Shown here: positions 21,990 to 35,824 of the stretch, piece after piece
Numbering within the stretch: position 1 is the first letter of the stretch
Layout: the number at the start of each line of letters is the position of its first letter
NCBI GenBank assembly: GCA_030390025.1
Contig: CM059432.1
Span: 102,612,001 to 102,676,000 of the forward strand
Direction: 5' to 3'
Origin: Squalus acanthias
Lineage: Eukaryota
DNA length: 64,000 nt
The notes under the pieces: generated by a model
Told to the model about the DNA's origin: nothing
Database searches by the model: none
Seen by the model: only the letters and a program-made list of their open reading frames with translations
Position numbers and translations under genes: made by a program

Positions 21990-24370
21990 CAGAAGTCCCT
22001 ACTCAACTATTTCCCTCTTAAATCTTCTTCTCCAATTTTCAATCCAGAGGAGATGCTTATGCTCCTGTTCATTCTAACATTGCTGCGAGCAACCTTAGCT
22101 CCATTGAATCAACTGATTTTGAACTCCTGTGGTTAAAAATATCTCTCTCTTACTTCAGTATCCACTGCTGTCCTATTCTTAACAATTCTCCAGAACGTTA
22201 CAACATTTTATTAAGAAACGAAGCTGTAACTTTCTGTCTGCTGAAATTACTATTCTTGTGGACTTCAGTAGCTCCACGTTTCCTCTTCTGCTGATCAGGC
22301 TGACAATAATGGCAAGTTTTTCCTATCCTGAATGACATTGAGCAACCCATCAATCAGCCTACCCATAACCCTGATCAGACCAGTAATTCAGTTCATCTTC
22401 CATAACTTTTCTCCATGTCCAATCCTACCTCTTGCATATTGTTTAGTCTCCTCACTGCAGTGCTTGTCTAACCATCATCTTGTATCTGACTCTGGTGGAA
22501 TACCCTGCAACAAATTATATTCTGAATATCACTCCTGCTTGTTGGTTGGGCTATGAGAATTCTTTGCAGCTTTTACTTTCTGTTTCCTCTGTTTGTGCCA
22601 GTGAAGTAACTAATGTTATTCCAGTTAGCAAAGAAGGTTTCATACCTCAATCTTCCCCTTCTGTCAGATTTGGTACTGCATCTTTATTCAATTGTATCTG
22701 TTATTCTACTGTTCTCATAAAAATTTACTCTATTGTACCTTGCAACTCAAGTAGTCTGAAGCATCTCAAACTAGCTTTATCTCTGTAACTTCTGTTAATC
22801 CATTGTTAGAAGTGCTAAATGTAAAATCAATGAAAAGAAGCAACAACAAATGTCTTCAAGCTCCTCCGCTTCTATTGGTCCCTTTCTAAAACAGTCTTTC
22901 GTAATTTCTGTGAATTCACCTTTGTGCTCAGTTGCAAATTTTTCGAACAAAAAAAAAAGTACCTTTCTGGCTTGCTTTCCTCCCAATCTAATCATGAAAA
23001 AGAACATCCTGCATTGCTCAGACCTGCCACATCTGTTAGATCATTCACTCAGTGGACTCCAATAAGATTGCAGGCTCTGATGTTATTATCCCACTATCCT
23101 CAAAACGTGCGCCTCTGAACTTACAACTGCTCAATGCTGTCTCTTCAAACTCCTCTACTCTCTATCCATCTATCCGTTTCCTTGGACATTTACTGTGTTC
23201 ACCCCAAACCTAGGAAAGGTTCTTGCCTATGTTAGCCAAATCTGGAATTCTGCTCTTGAGCACTTTGATGAATCATCTGTCTTGGACATTTCTAACGTTT
23301 TGACAGGGTCTAGCACCATGCATTTCATAAGTCCACCAAAATATGTTCATGGCAATCTAACTTCCTTTCATATCACTCTATATGTTCTGTTGTTGATAAC
23401 TTACCCTCTGACATTTTTTCATTATTTCAGGGGTGTCCCAAGACTCTGTGTTCCTTCTTCAGATCAAAGATCTCCTCCTCTTATTATCCAGTTCTATCTG
23501 CATTTTTGTTGATATTCAACTCTACTTTCACCAACTGTCCAGAGTTCACACAACCTTCATTCCCTCTGCCAATGCGATGGTTGAGTCACCACACTTCTTG
23601 CTTTTCTGTACACACTTAAATGGAGACGTGAACATTTTGTTTCTTCCAAATCTTCAAAAACAAATCTCCCTCATGTCTGTCAAGTCTAATCAACAGCTGC
23701 CAGCTCTTACCTTTAATGGCGTCATCCATATTCCTCCTTCAACATTCTTGACCATCTCCTCTGACCTCAAATGGAACTCTGACATTTCCACTATTGTTTA
23801 AACTGTCTCTCAGAAGCTCAACATTATCTTTCAATGCCAAATATTTAGTTTTTCCTCAACAATTTTTAGCTTTCCATAAATCAAAGTCCATCCAAGATTT
23901 GAGTATTGCTCACATATCTAATCATGACACAAGATAAAGTTAGTCATTTGGTAGTAGATCCCACTTTCAACCCAAGCTTCAAATCTCTCTCGCTCTGCAT
24001 CCCAATCTTTCTTGTCTCTCTCTGTCTCTATCACTACTGCTATGGTCAGTATCCCTCTAAACTTTCCTTTATTGTTTCTCCTAAACCCCCAAATACTCCA
24101 TCCTAAATATTGTTGCTCCTTCCTACATCCTCACTATTTGGAAATCAAGATGCATCATCCAGTTTCTTACTCCAACTTGTTCTTTCCCGGAATCTCAAAC
24201 TATGGAACTTCTACCCCTTCAATCTTTCTCCTTCCTGCAATCTTCAGTTTTTTAAAACAAAAGCTTACCAATTCCTATTCACTACTTCCTGACTAATGTT
24301 GTCTTCTCTTTTGAACCTTGGTGATATCCTGCACTCTAGGCGTTGGCCATTCAGCAAAGTTTATCAATAA
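21990..24370 (+). pseudogene. Heavily decayed ancient LINE ORF2
   Basis: Residual GVP-like (23430), FVD/FADD-like (~23505) and KWNS.I (23769) motifs in RT order; pyrimidine-rich strand bias. Confidence 0.45.
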
Positions 24371-24821
24371 AATATCACCATAATAAAGCATAAAAATAAA
24401 TGTAGGGCAGAAAATGTGCAGCACTTTCTGCCTTAATTCTTGGGGTAGTAGATCAGATGGGTCACAAATTATGTTAGGACCTGGTTGCCTAGGCAGTGCC
24501 TGCCTAATGTTAGCATTCCCTCATGGCCTTGTAATGGGTGGAGACTCCATTTGCCCCAAACAAGGCCATTGATGCAGGAGGGGAGGGTCTAGGGGTGCAA
24601 GGACTCCCAAACCCCACCCCCCCACCACATCCCCAGCTCTCAGTGGCACCGGCATTACATCAACAGGAGTACCAGCCATTAAAGTCATCTGAATGGCAGT
24701 AGTGGGCCCCACCTGAAGACCCCGAGAAGAAAGTGAAAATTATTTTAAAATAATTTTAAAGTAGTCAGCTTACAAAGGGGACAGCCGCGATGCACCCTCG
24801 GTGGACCGGATGCCAACCATT

Positions 24822-25346
24822 CTTCACCAGAACTTCCCAAACCCACGACCTCTACCACCTAGAAGGACAAGGGCAGCAGGTGCATGGGAACACCATCACC
24901 TCCAAGTTCCCCTCCAAGTCACACACCATCCTGACTTGGAAATATATTGCCATTCCTTCATCGTCGCTGGGTCAAAATCCTGGAACTCCCTCCGTAACAG
25001 CACTGTGGGTGTATCTTCACCACACAGACTGCAGCGGTTCAAGAAGGCGGCTCACCACCATCTTCTCAAGGGCAATTAGGGATGGGCAATAAATGCTGCC
25101 CTTGCCAGCGATGCACAAATCCCATGAACGAATAAAAAAAAATCTCATTGATTACGGATCTAGACTGTTGGACCTGTTGTTCACCAAGGTACCTGGAACT
25201 CCCTCCTTGGCAGCACTATGTGAGCACCTTCACAACGCGGGCTGCAGCGGTTCAAGAAGGTGGATCATCATCACCTTCTCAAGGACAATTAGGGATGCTG
25301 GCCTTTCCAGCGACGCCCACATCCCAGGAACAAATTTAAAAAAAAT
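24822..25346 (+). mobile_element. Two adjacent 3' ends of a CR1-group LINE with poly(A) tails
   Basis: SWNSL…LQRFKKAAHHHLLKGN C-terminus, gggcaattagggatg… 3'UTR, A tails at ~25135 and ~25340. Confidence 0.75.
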
Positions 25347-25602
25347 TACACATTAATCAAGGAAGCTCCTCCTGAACCCACAAACTTCAGCAGGGTCAGC
25401 AGTGGAGATCCCAAGTGGGCGCATCCAGGCAGTTACGCCAGAAAGCGCTCACCTTCACCTCACACACATTCGGTCCCATTATTTTTTGTATGACCATGAA
25501 TTGGGGTATATCTTCCACAACTTTCTATTTATAGCTGAAAGCTGATGTGAATGTAAAGCAGTGTTCCCCACTACTTTCTTGTGATCTGTTCTCAAATAAT
25601 AC

Positions 25603-25781
25603 CTGCTGAAAAACAGTAACACCGAGATGTTCCTCGGAACTTCTATCGCTTCGCCGATGTAACCTTGGTGGAAGTTTGGGATTTCTGCCAAAATTATGTG
25701 GTGAAAAGGGAGAAGCTCTGCGGAAATTCCCACAATGGATTTCTGTTTTATTCAAATTATGATTAGCTTCTTCAAAAGGTC
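25603..25781 (-). CDS. Candidate internal exon of an unidentified host gene
   Basis: Non-repeat sequence with acceptor tgttttag|G and donor CAG|gtatta; open frame PFEEANHNLNKTEIHCGNFRRASPFSPHNFGRNPKLPPRLHRRSDRSSEEHLGVTVFQQ. Confidence 0.4.
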
Positions 25782-26952
25782 CTAAAACATAATGTTAATC
25801 TCTAGTTTCTGGAAGATCTTTCAGGAGAAAGATATAGGCTGCAAAATTCAGCTCAGTAGCACCCGTTGTATGGGCACTACGAGTGCCGTTTATGTTCCAA
25901 AATGGTGTCCGCGGCGCGCGTCCGCCAGATGTATGCAGAGTCGGCAGATCATGCGTCAGTGTACAATGCTGATTTGAAACCAGCGCTGCCATTTTGGATC
26001 TCAACGCTCCATGTAATGCCCTCTCTTAAGTTCACTCAGCTGAACACGCGTTCAGCAGCAGGAAGGACACCCCACCAGCGCTATTTGAAGGGATCATCAA
26101 CTACTTTCAGGTTAGTTGCTGATTGATTTCTACTGGCTGTTGCTGAGTTTGTAGAAATGTTTGGTGGTTTGTACAGTTATTTCAAATTGCTAAAGTCTAC
26201 AGGGAGTGGTGTGACAGGTGCTGAAGGACTTTGTCCTGATTTCAAGGATTCTGCACACACCACTTGCTCCCAGACATGGATGCAGTAGTAGGCATTCCAT
26301 TTGGCCTACAGCATGACAGGGTGAATGAGCAGAGGCGACACAGAGCAGGACAAGCTGTAGAAAGAGGGAGGAGGAGGGGGGGAGATGTGCTCTCACAGAA
26401 GACCATGCCTGCCCAGGGTGTTCAGGGAGCAATGCTCCTACATGAACCTCAGTGAGGAACAGTGTGTCAGAAATCTTCACTTCACCAAGGACGTCCTCAC
26501 TGAAATCTACCACCTGCTGCAGCCACAACTTCAACCTCAGAGCAGGGCGATGACCGCATTGCCAGAAACTGTGAAGGTCACCGTGGCTGTGAACCTTTAT
26601 GCGTCGGGCTCCTTCCAGGCTAGAGCAGGACATATTTGCAACATCTCCCATTTTGTCGTGCTCTGTTGCATAAGGGAGGTAACTGATTCTGTATTCGAAG
26701 AGAGCTGAATACATTTCCTTCTCTCTTGCCAGAGAGCAGCAGGCGGAGCAAGCACGTGGTTTTGTGGGGATTGCAGGCTTCCCCGTTGTGCAGGATGTCA
26801 TTGACTGCAAGCATGTCACTTTGTGGGTGCTGCGTGTCAACACTGAGATATACCACAACCGAAAGGGATTCCACTTCCTCAATGTCCAGCTGGTGTGTCA
26901 CCGTACTCGGTGAATCATGCAACTCAATGCTCGGTATCCTGGCAGCAGTCCT

Positions 26953-29142
26953 GGGGGAGAAATTCCCTACCTTAGGACCACCCGTTAGTGCAACGTTAAG
27001 TCAGGAAAGCGGTGGCGGGTCCAGCAGTGTCCTCCATTTTCAAAGTCCCAGTAGCGCTGCCGTTCTGAAGTAGTGCCCTGCAAAAAAAAATGGCGGAGTG
27101 GTGACATACACCGACTTAACGTCACCACGGCGAACTTCCGCACTAGCGCTGAGTTCAGCTCTGGGACCTAAGCACACCAGGTAAACCTAGCGTGCAAGCA
27201 GACTGACAGTGGTGCTGTCAGCACCTCTTAAAGGGACACACACATCTTTCAGGTAAGTTTGCATTTAAACGTTTGGACAATTTTTTTTTTTTTTATTGAA
27301 GTAGTGGCTTGCTGCAATAGATGTTAGAAGTTTTTTTACGTGTGCAGGGAGTGCAGCTGGATGCTTACAAGGCCTTGTATGGTAAAGGAAGGCCTCTGAG
27401 AATACAGAAAATGCTGCAAATACTCAGCAGGTCAGGCAACATCCGTGGAGAGAAAAACAGAGTTCACATCTCAGGTTGAGATGCTGCCTCACCAACTGAG
27501 TATTTCCAGCATTTTATACTGTCATTTCAGATTTACAGCATCCGCTTGCAGAGGGAAGGGGAAGACACAGAAGAGGAAGAAGCCGAGGAGGAGGAAGCAG
27601 AAGAGGAGGAAGCAGACAGCCCCTTTCTGGCTGGGATATCCGGGATGGAATCATCCGCCTGTGGTACCAGTGACCACAACCCCAATTCCCCTTTCAACAT
27701 TTGTCCCACACCTTACCTTCCCTCTGTTACTGACGATCAAAGCATCCTCTTGGCCACAATGCTAAAATAAAAGCCACAACAAAGCAAAATTTCCAATCTA
27801 ACTTTAAACATTTATCCATCCAATATGACATCAAGAAATCAACTCATCACCCGTATGTATTCTCTTAGTGATTGTCTTGTGTGTGCCTTTGCCTATCCTA
27901 CTGATGTCACACAGTGCTATCCCAGTGGCTGCAGCTTGGCTGGTGGAAGGCTGCTGACTTTCAGAGGGGGACACTGCAAATGGCCTTGCTGGTCAACCTT
28001 GAGGAGCTGGTGGCTGGGAGTGTCAAATTGAATGACGGTGTTTCTTCTTCTTCTTCTTCACTCTCCTCTCCCTCTTCTTGGTCAACCACTGGCTGGACAG
28101 GCTGCATTTCTTGGGTTTGTGAAATGGGTAAGTCACAAGTGTGGAGTTGTGGTGAGGGGAGGATGGGAAAGCAAGAGGTGCATGCCAGAAGGAGGATAAT
28201 ATATTAGGATACCAGCATCTTACATCCTTTCAGCCCCGCCGCTGGCCAAGGGTTCAAACATGCCTCTGCCAAGAATGGCCTGCACCGTCTCCTCCAAGGG
28301 GGTGAGGTCAGGCTAGGAATGGGAGGCGTCCCTCATGTTTGGTACAGATTGTTGGTAGGTGAGTGATTGGGGGTGGGGTCATGCATTGAGCAGTGTGTGA
28401 GGCTAGTGATGCAGTTGGTAGGAGGCGGCCTTTGAAGATGCATTCACTGACTTTGACCAGTGGTCTGAGGTCATGAAGCTTCTTTGGGCACTGGAGCCAG
28501 GTGGTGGAGCGACACTGCTGGCAGTGACGGCCTCGGTGATGTGGCCCCACATCGTTCTTTCTGGAGAGCCTCCTGGCCCCTGTGGGTAGAGGACCTCTCT
28601 TGCAGTGGTGACCCCCTCCACAAAGCTGGAGTGCTGCGTGCGAGACCCTGGGTGCCGCTTCCCTGGCTTGCTGAGCCACTTGTGTTAGTGCTGAAGCACT
28701 TTTCCCATTTTTTGAGGTTCAGAAGGCAATGCAGCTTTAAGTGCTGAAGACGCCCATTTGAGACTTCTTTTACATTTTTTTTTGAAAGGCAGTAAGGGGT
28801 GAAAAATACATTTTTTCACTTGATTTTAATTTTTATTAGTTTTGAACGCATTGCCCCTTTAATTCATAGCCTTTTTAATTTCCCACAATTTTTTGTGAAC
28901 TCCACAGCCTTGCTCCTAGAGGCTGTAAGAAGCTGCTACACCGCTCCTGGATGGGAACTTCGTGTCGGATGCCTCCACTAACACCACCAGAAGGGCGTTA
29001 AACGATAAGTTAGCGCTGCACTACAAATCTCCAGATCCCAGCATGATTTTTTGCCCAGTAGCGCTGCGGCAATTCTAAGCAGCCGTAAACCCGAGGCCAC
29101 GGCGACATTGGCAGGTTTCTGTGGATGTCCAAAATTTCCCCC
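26953..29142. mobile_element. Non-autonomous Harbinger derivative nested in the transposase pseudogene
   Basis: Ends gggggagaaatt … aaaatttccccc; host frame PGSS|HDAF resumes across it; Myb/SANT remnant 28450-28679 (minus). Confidence 0.8.
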
Positions 29143-29647
29143 ACGATGCCTTCATTCTGTGGCAGTCCGCTGTCCCATCTGCATTTGAGCCACCTTGACA
29201 AACCAAAGGGTGCCTACTGGGAAACAAGGGTTATCCATTAACAACATGGCTCTTGACTCTGGTGCGCAACCCACGCACATGTGGGCAGCATTCATACAAA
29301 GAAAGCCATGCTGCCACATGAAATATCATCACGCAGACCATCGCAGAGCAGACCAACACTTCCGCTGCCTGGACCGCTCCAGAGGAGCCCTGCAGTACTC
29401 GCGGGTGTCAAGATTCATGGTGGTCTGCTGCATGCTGCACAACCTCCCCATCATGATGGTACAGCCCTGGCCAACAGCCATACGGTGACCAGCTGAGAAG
29501 TAGGAGGCAAACCAGACAACCCCTTTCTGGCTGGGCTGTTCATGACCGACTCATCTGGCTGCGATACCAGTAAACGCAACCCCAATCCCACATTACTATC
29601 CCTCTGATATGGACCATCACAGCATCCTCATTGGTAATCAGCAAAAG

Positions 29648-30322
29648 GTTTCCTTGCCCAGGTTTGACCTGATATCCGGAGTCAATGTTGAGAACTCCCA
29701 GGGCCACTCCCTCCGGACTCTATACCACTGTGCCGCCACCTCTGGTGGGTCTGTCCTGCCTGTGGGACAGGACATACCCAGGGATGGTGATGGAGGAGTT
29801 TGGGACATTGGCTGAAAGGTATGATTCTGTGAGTATGACCATGTCAGGCTGTTGCTTGACTAGTCTGTAGGACAGCTCTCCCAATTTTGGCAGAAGATGT
29901 TAGTGAGGAGGACTTTGCAGGGTCTACTGGGCTGGGTGTGCCTTTGTCATGTTCAAAGCCGGTGCCTAGGTCAATGCCAGGTGGTCAGTCCAGTTTTTTT
30001 ATTACTATTGTTTTTCGTAGCGGTTTGGTACAACTGAGTGGCTTGCTCGGCCATTTCAGAGGGCAGTTAAGAGCCAACCACATTGCTGGGGGTCTGGAGT
30101 CACATATAGGCCAGACCAGGCAAATTTCCTTCCCTAAAGGACATTAGTGAACCAGATGGGTTTTTAACAACAATCCAGTAGTTTCGTTACTGATACTAGT
30201 TTTTTATTCCAGATTTATTGAATTGAATTTAAATTATGGTGGGATTTGAACTCACGTTTCGCAGATCATTACTTCAGACCTCTGGGTGATTAGTCCAGTA
30301 CATAACCACTATGCTACCGTAC
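29648..30322 (-). mobile_element. 5' part of a LINE (AP endonuclease N-terminus) preceded by a tRNA-like head
   Basis: Minus strand LGELSYRLVKQQPDMVILTESYL…IPGYVLSHRQDRPTRGGGTVV; A box tagcatagtgg (30306-30316), B box gagttcaaatcc (30242-30253). Confidence 0.7.
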
Positions 30323-30550
30323 GCGTAGTGCTACGTAGTGGCTGGTGGAAGGCTGTTGACTTTCAGTGGAGGAGACTGCAGATGGCCTTGCAGGATGACC
30401 TCGAGCAACTCTGGGCCTAGAAGGCCCAGCTTCGGACTGCACCATCTTGGCATGCGTAGCAGCAGTCTGGATGGCTGGCTAACAGGCAACAGCAAGGGCA
30501 CTGGTGGAATAGCAGAGGTGGGAGGATGAACGCTGTCATCCTGAGAGAGA

Positions 30551-31481
30551 ACAGCAGGTTTGCTGATGACACAAAGACAGGTAGGAAAGTAAATTGTGAA
30601 GAGGACATAAGGAGGCTACAAAGGGATATAGATAAGTTAAGTGAGTGGGCAAAGATCTGGTAGATGGAGTATAATGTGGGAAAATGTGAAGTTGTCCATT
30701 TTGGCAGGAGAATAAAAAAGAAGCATGTTATCTAAATGGTGAGAGATTGCAGAACTCTGAGATGCAGAGGGATCTGGGTGTCCTCGTGCATGAATCACAA
30801 AGGTTACTATGCAGGTACAGCATGTAATTAAGAAAGCTAATAGAATGTTATCGTTTATTGCGAGGGGAATTGAATACAAAAGTAGGGAGGTTATGCTTCA
30901 GTTGTACAGGGCATTGGTGAGACCACATCTGGAGTACTGTGTACAGTATTGGTCTCCTTATTTAAGGAAGGATGTAAATGCGTTGGAAGCAGTTCAGAGA
31001 AGGTTTACCAGACTAATACCTGGAATGGGCGGGTTGCCTTATGAGAAAAGGTTGGACAGGCTAGGCTTGTATCCGTTGGAGTTTAGAAGAGTAAGAGGTG
31101 ACTTGATTGAAACATATAAGATTCTGAGGGGTCTGGACAGGGTGGATGTGGAGAGGATGTTTCCTCTTGTGGGAGAATCTAGAACTAGGGGTCACTGTTT
31201 AAAAATAAGGGGTCGCCCATTTAAGACAGAGATGAGGAGAAATTTTTTCTCACAGAGGGTCGTGAGTCTTTGGAACTCTTCCTCAGAGGGCGGTGGAAGC
31301 AGAGTCTTTGAATATTTTTAAGGCAGAGGTAGATAGATTCTTGGTGAGCAAGGGGGTGAAAAGTTATCGGGGGTAGGCGGGAATGTGGAGTAATCGGATC
31401 AGCCATGATCTTATTGAATGACAGAGCAGGCTCGAAGGGCCGAGTGGCCTACTCCCGCTCCTAATTCGTATGTTTGTATGT
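30551..31481 (+). mobile_element. 5'-truncated CR1
   Basis: FADD onward, ORF 30809-31321, CR1 3'UTR hairpin and tail. Confidence 0.9.
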
Positions 31482-32821
31482 AAACAAAGAGCTTTAATTA
31501 AAAGGTTATGATCGACAAATGATTAAGTTACATTATTGGGACATTTGCTGTTGCAGGTATTGATTTTTATCTTTATCTTTAATGAAATATGGCCTAGATA
31601 ACTGTAGAAAAGAGTGCTTATGGTAGAATTCCACTTTAAGTCCAAGCAGGACTGATTTTAAACCCAGGCAGACAGGCAGCTCTGCAATCAGGATGGGTGA
31701 GAAATACAGTGGCTTCTCTGCTGGTGCTGAGCTGGAAGTAATGAGTTAAAGGTGATGGGAGGCAATTGCAGGGGTGGAGATGCGGATGGACCAGCATGCT
31801 CCTCCTGGCCCCATAAAAATTCTTTTAAAAACTTGTACTTACCTTTTTTTGAGCAGTCTGCAGTGGTCCCTTTAAGTCTCTGCTCCTGGTACCAATTAGT
31901 GTAGCATGAGCAATACATGCTCTGCTCACTGATATCTCAAAATTGTGTTAGGGTCTTATGTACATCATAGGACCATCATTAACATATTGAAAGTTGACTC
32001 ACACCCGAAACAGGTGGGTGCCTGAGACACCCATGTGAAGGCCCTGACGAAAATGGCATACTGGAAGCAGGAATGCAGCGGTAAGTGATGCCCTGCCATT
32101 ACTACCCCATTCCTGCCAAACAGAGGCTGTAAAGATTGACCCCACCATGTTGGAAACCCAAAGATCTGCCTTCCAGTGCGGTCATATTTTATTTGAGCAA
32201 CTGGATATTGGAGTCTGCAATATGACTCATATTGTAAAATACCAACTACCTTCTCTGCCATTACTTCACTATTTCAAATACTGATTTTGCTATTTCAAGG
32301 CAGAATTCTGGCAATGGGCTTTGACAATTCTTTATAGAAGCTAGGCTAAAACTGCTAATTAAAAAGATAAATTATTTGAATTAATTTGAAAATCACATAA
32401 CTTCAACTTCAGAACATTTTTAACTCCAGTATTTAATATCCCATAGCATTACAAATTTTAGGTTAATACCTTTGATTGTACTTGAACAACTCTTGTTATG
32501 AATAAGCACATTGATTTAAGCCCCGACATGACAGAATGGGAGTAGAATATTGGATGGCCTTTCAAAGAGTGATTGGTAGGAGACTTAGAATGTAGCCTTC
32601 AAAAAGTAATCTTAATCTTCTATTCATCATAAAGTAAGTCATTTTAACGCCTTATATTCAGCCAATATTACTAATCTATTTCAAAACCATATCTAACAAA
32701 TAATTCCTCCCTTGTGATAGAAACAATGTGGATAGATTGACACTTTATTCATGCTTTTGCACACAATACAAACATTTTGTAAAATGCTGCTTTTTTTAAT
32801 TCCTTGAACGTAGATCCATCT

Positions 32822-34480
32822 CATAGAATCATAGAATGGTTACAGCACAGAAGAAGGCCATTCAGCCCGTCATTCCCATGCCAGCTCTCTGCAAGAGCAT
32901 CTCAGCTAGTCCCACACCCCGGCCCTTTCCCCGTAGCCCTGCAAATGTTTTTCTTTCAGGTACTTGTCCAACTCCCTTGTGAAAGCCATGATTGAGTCTG
33001 CCTCCACCACCCTTTCAGACAGTGAATTCCAGATCTTAACCACTCACTGCGTAAAAAAGTTTTTTCTTATGTTGCCTTTGGTTCCATAAGCTTTTTTAAC
33101 TGCTTTCTCAATCTGCCCTGCCACCTTCAACGATTTGTGCACATATACCCCCAGGTCTCTCTGTTCATGCACCCCCTTTAGGATTGTACCCTTTCATTTA
33201 TATTTCCTCTCCTCATTCTTTCTACGAAAATGTATCACTTCACACGTTTCTGCATTAAATTTCATCTGCCACGTGTCTGCCCATTCCACCAGCCTGTCTA
33301 TATCCTTTTGAAGTCTATCACTATCCTCCTCACTGTTCATTATACTTCCAAGTTTTGTGTCATCTGCAAATTTTGAAATTGTGCCCTGTACACCCACATC
33401 CAAGTCATTAATATATATCAAGAAAAGCAGTGGTCCTAGTACCGACCCCTGGGGAACACCACTGTATACCTTCCTCCAGTCCGAAAAACAACCGTTCACC
33501 ACTACTCTCTGTTTCCTGTCACTTAGCCAATTTCGTATCCATGCTGCCACTGTCCCTTTTATTCCAGGGGCGTCAACTTTGCTGGCAAGCCTATTATGTG
33601 GCACTTTGTCAAACGACTTTTGGAAATCCATGTACATCACATCAACCGCATTGCCCTCATCAACCCTCTATGTTATCTCATCAAAAAACTTGATCAAGTT
33701 GGTTAAACACGATTTGCCTTTAACAAATCTGTGCTGGATTTCCTTAATTAATCCACACTTGTCCAAGTGACTGTCAATTTTGTCCTTGATTATTGTTTCT
33801 AAAAGCTTCCTCAGTACAGAGGTTTAACTGACCAGCCTATAATTGCTGGGTTTATCTTTACACCCTTTTTTGAACAAGGGTGTAACATTTGCAATTCTCC
33901 AGTTCTCTGGCACCACCCCCGTTTCTAAGGAGGATTGGAAGATTATGGCCAGTACCTCCGTGATTTCTTCCTTCACTTCCCTCAGTATCCTAGGATGCAT
34001 CCCATCCGGTCCTGGTGACTTATCTACTTTAAGTACAGCCAGCCTTTCTAGTATCTCATCTTTATCAATTCTTATCCCATCCAGTATCTCCTCTACCTCC
34101 TCCTTTACTGTGTCTATGGCAGCATCCTCTTCCTTGGTGAAGACAGATGCAAAGTACTCATTTAGTACCTCAGCCATGCCCTCTGCCTCCATGTGTAGGT
34201 CTCCTTTTTGGTCCTTAATCGGCCCCACCCCTCCTCTTACTACCTGTTTACTATTTATATGCCTATAGAAGACTTTTGGATTACATTTTATGTTAGCTGC
34301 CATTCTATTCTCATACCCTCCCTTTGCCCCTCTTATTTTCTTTTTCACTTCTCCTCTGAACTTTCTATATTTAACCTGATTCTCAGATGTATTCTTGACC
34401 TGACATCTATCATATGCGCTCTTTTTAAGCTTCATCTTACTCTCTATCTCTTTCGTCATCCAGGGAGCTCTGACTTTAGT
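32822..34480 (-). mobile_element. 5'-truncated, internally deleted CR1
   Basis: ORFs 33824-34459 and 33194-33640; tail catagaatcatagaa; deletion near 33085. Confidence 0.9.
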
Positions 34481-35085
34481 AGCTAAACTTGTATCGAAGT
34501 TTGGTTAGACCACACTTGGAGTATTGTTTGCAATTCTGGTAGCCATATTATAAAAAGGATATAGAGGCACTGGAGAGGGTGCAAAACAGATTTACAAGGA
34601 GGATACCAGAAATGCAAGGGTATACCCATCAGGAAAGGATGAACAGGCTGGGTCTCTTTTCTCTTGAAAAAAGAAAGCTGAGGGGTGACCTAATAGAGAT
34701 CTTTAAAATTATGAAAGGTTTTGATAGAGTAGACACAGAGAGAATGTTTCCACTTATGGGGAAGAGCATAACTAGAGGCCATCAATATAAGATAGTCACC
34801 AAGAAATCAAATAGGGAATTCAGAAGAAGCTTCTTTACACAGAGAGTGGTGAGAATGTGGAACTTGCTACCACAGGGAGTGGTTGAAGCGAATAATATAG
34901 ATACATTTAAGGGGAGGCTAGATAAGCATATGAGGGAGAAGGGAATAGAGGGTAATGCTGGTAGAGTTAGATGAGGAAAGATGGGAGGAGGCTCAAATGG
35001 AGCATAAATGCCAGCATGGACTGGTTGGGCTGACTGGCCTGTTTCTGTGCTGTATATCCTAATTAATCCTATATAATCTTATGTA
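34481..35085 (+). mobile_element. CR1 3' fragment
   Basis: ORF 34579-34974 is an ORF2 C-terminus; tail repeats at ~35055-35085. Confidence 0.85.
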
Positions 35086-35824
35086 ATTTCTCCTGTACTT
35101 TTTCTTTACTAATATTAATTACTTTAAGCTCCTCACTCTCATTAGACCCTTGCCTCCCCACTATTTCTGGTATTTTTTGTGTCTTCTACTGTGAAGACAG
35201 ATACAAAATATTTGTTTAACCAATTTCCTTAATCCCTATTATAATTTCTCCTGTCTCAGCCTCTAAGGGACCCACGTTTACTTTCGCTACTCTCTTCCTT
35301 TTTACATACTTGTAGAAGGTCTTACAATCTGTTTTTATATTTCTTGCTAGTTTACTCTCATATTCTATTTTCCCTCTTTTTGTTCATCCTTTGCTGGTTT
35401 CTAAAACTCTCCCAATCCTCAGGCTTACTACTCTTTTTGGCAACATTATAAGCCTCTTCTTTTAATCTAATACTATTCTTAACCTCTTTAGTTAGCCACT
35501 TTTCTGGTAGAGATTTTATTTCTCAATGGAATGTATATTCGTTGAGAATTATGAAATATTTCTATAAATGTTTGCCATTACTTATCTACCATCATACCTT
35601 TCAATCAAATTTCCCAATCTACCTTAACCAACTTGCCCCTCATGCCTATGTAATTGGCTTTATTTAATTTTAATACTCTAGTTTAAACTTAAGTACATCA
35701 CTCTCGAACTCAATGCAAAATTCTATCATATTATGATCACTCCTCCCCAGAGGAGTCCTTATTATGAGATTATGAATTAATCCTGTCTCATTACACAGAA
35801 GAAGACCTAAAATAGTCTCTTCCC

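Larger units (their letters stand above)
25837..30550 (+). pseudogene. Decayed Harbinger element with transposase pseudogene (~26276-26952 and 29143-29570), interrupted by two insertions
   Basis: TIR-like ata|ggctgcaaaattc; LSEEQCVRNLHFTK, VKVTVAVNLYASGSFQ, IAGFP..VID.KHV, NRKGFH, KGYP and RCLDRSRGALQYS motifs in order. Confidence 0.85.

Noticed and set aside
32822..35085. Twin-priming inversion for head-to-head CR1 pairs (also 44356-47848)
   Set aside because: The partners overlap in ORF2 coordinates and look like different subfamilies, and at 32822-35085 each has its own tail, so they are independent insertions
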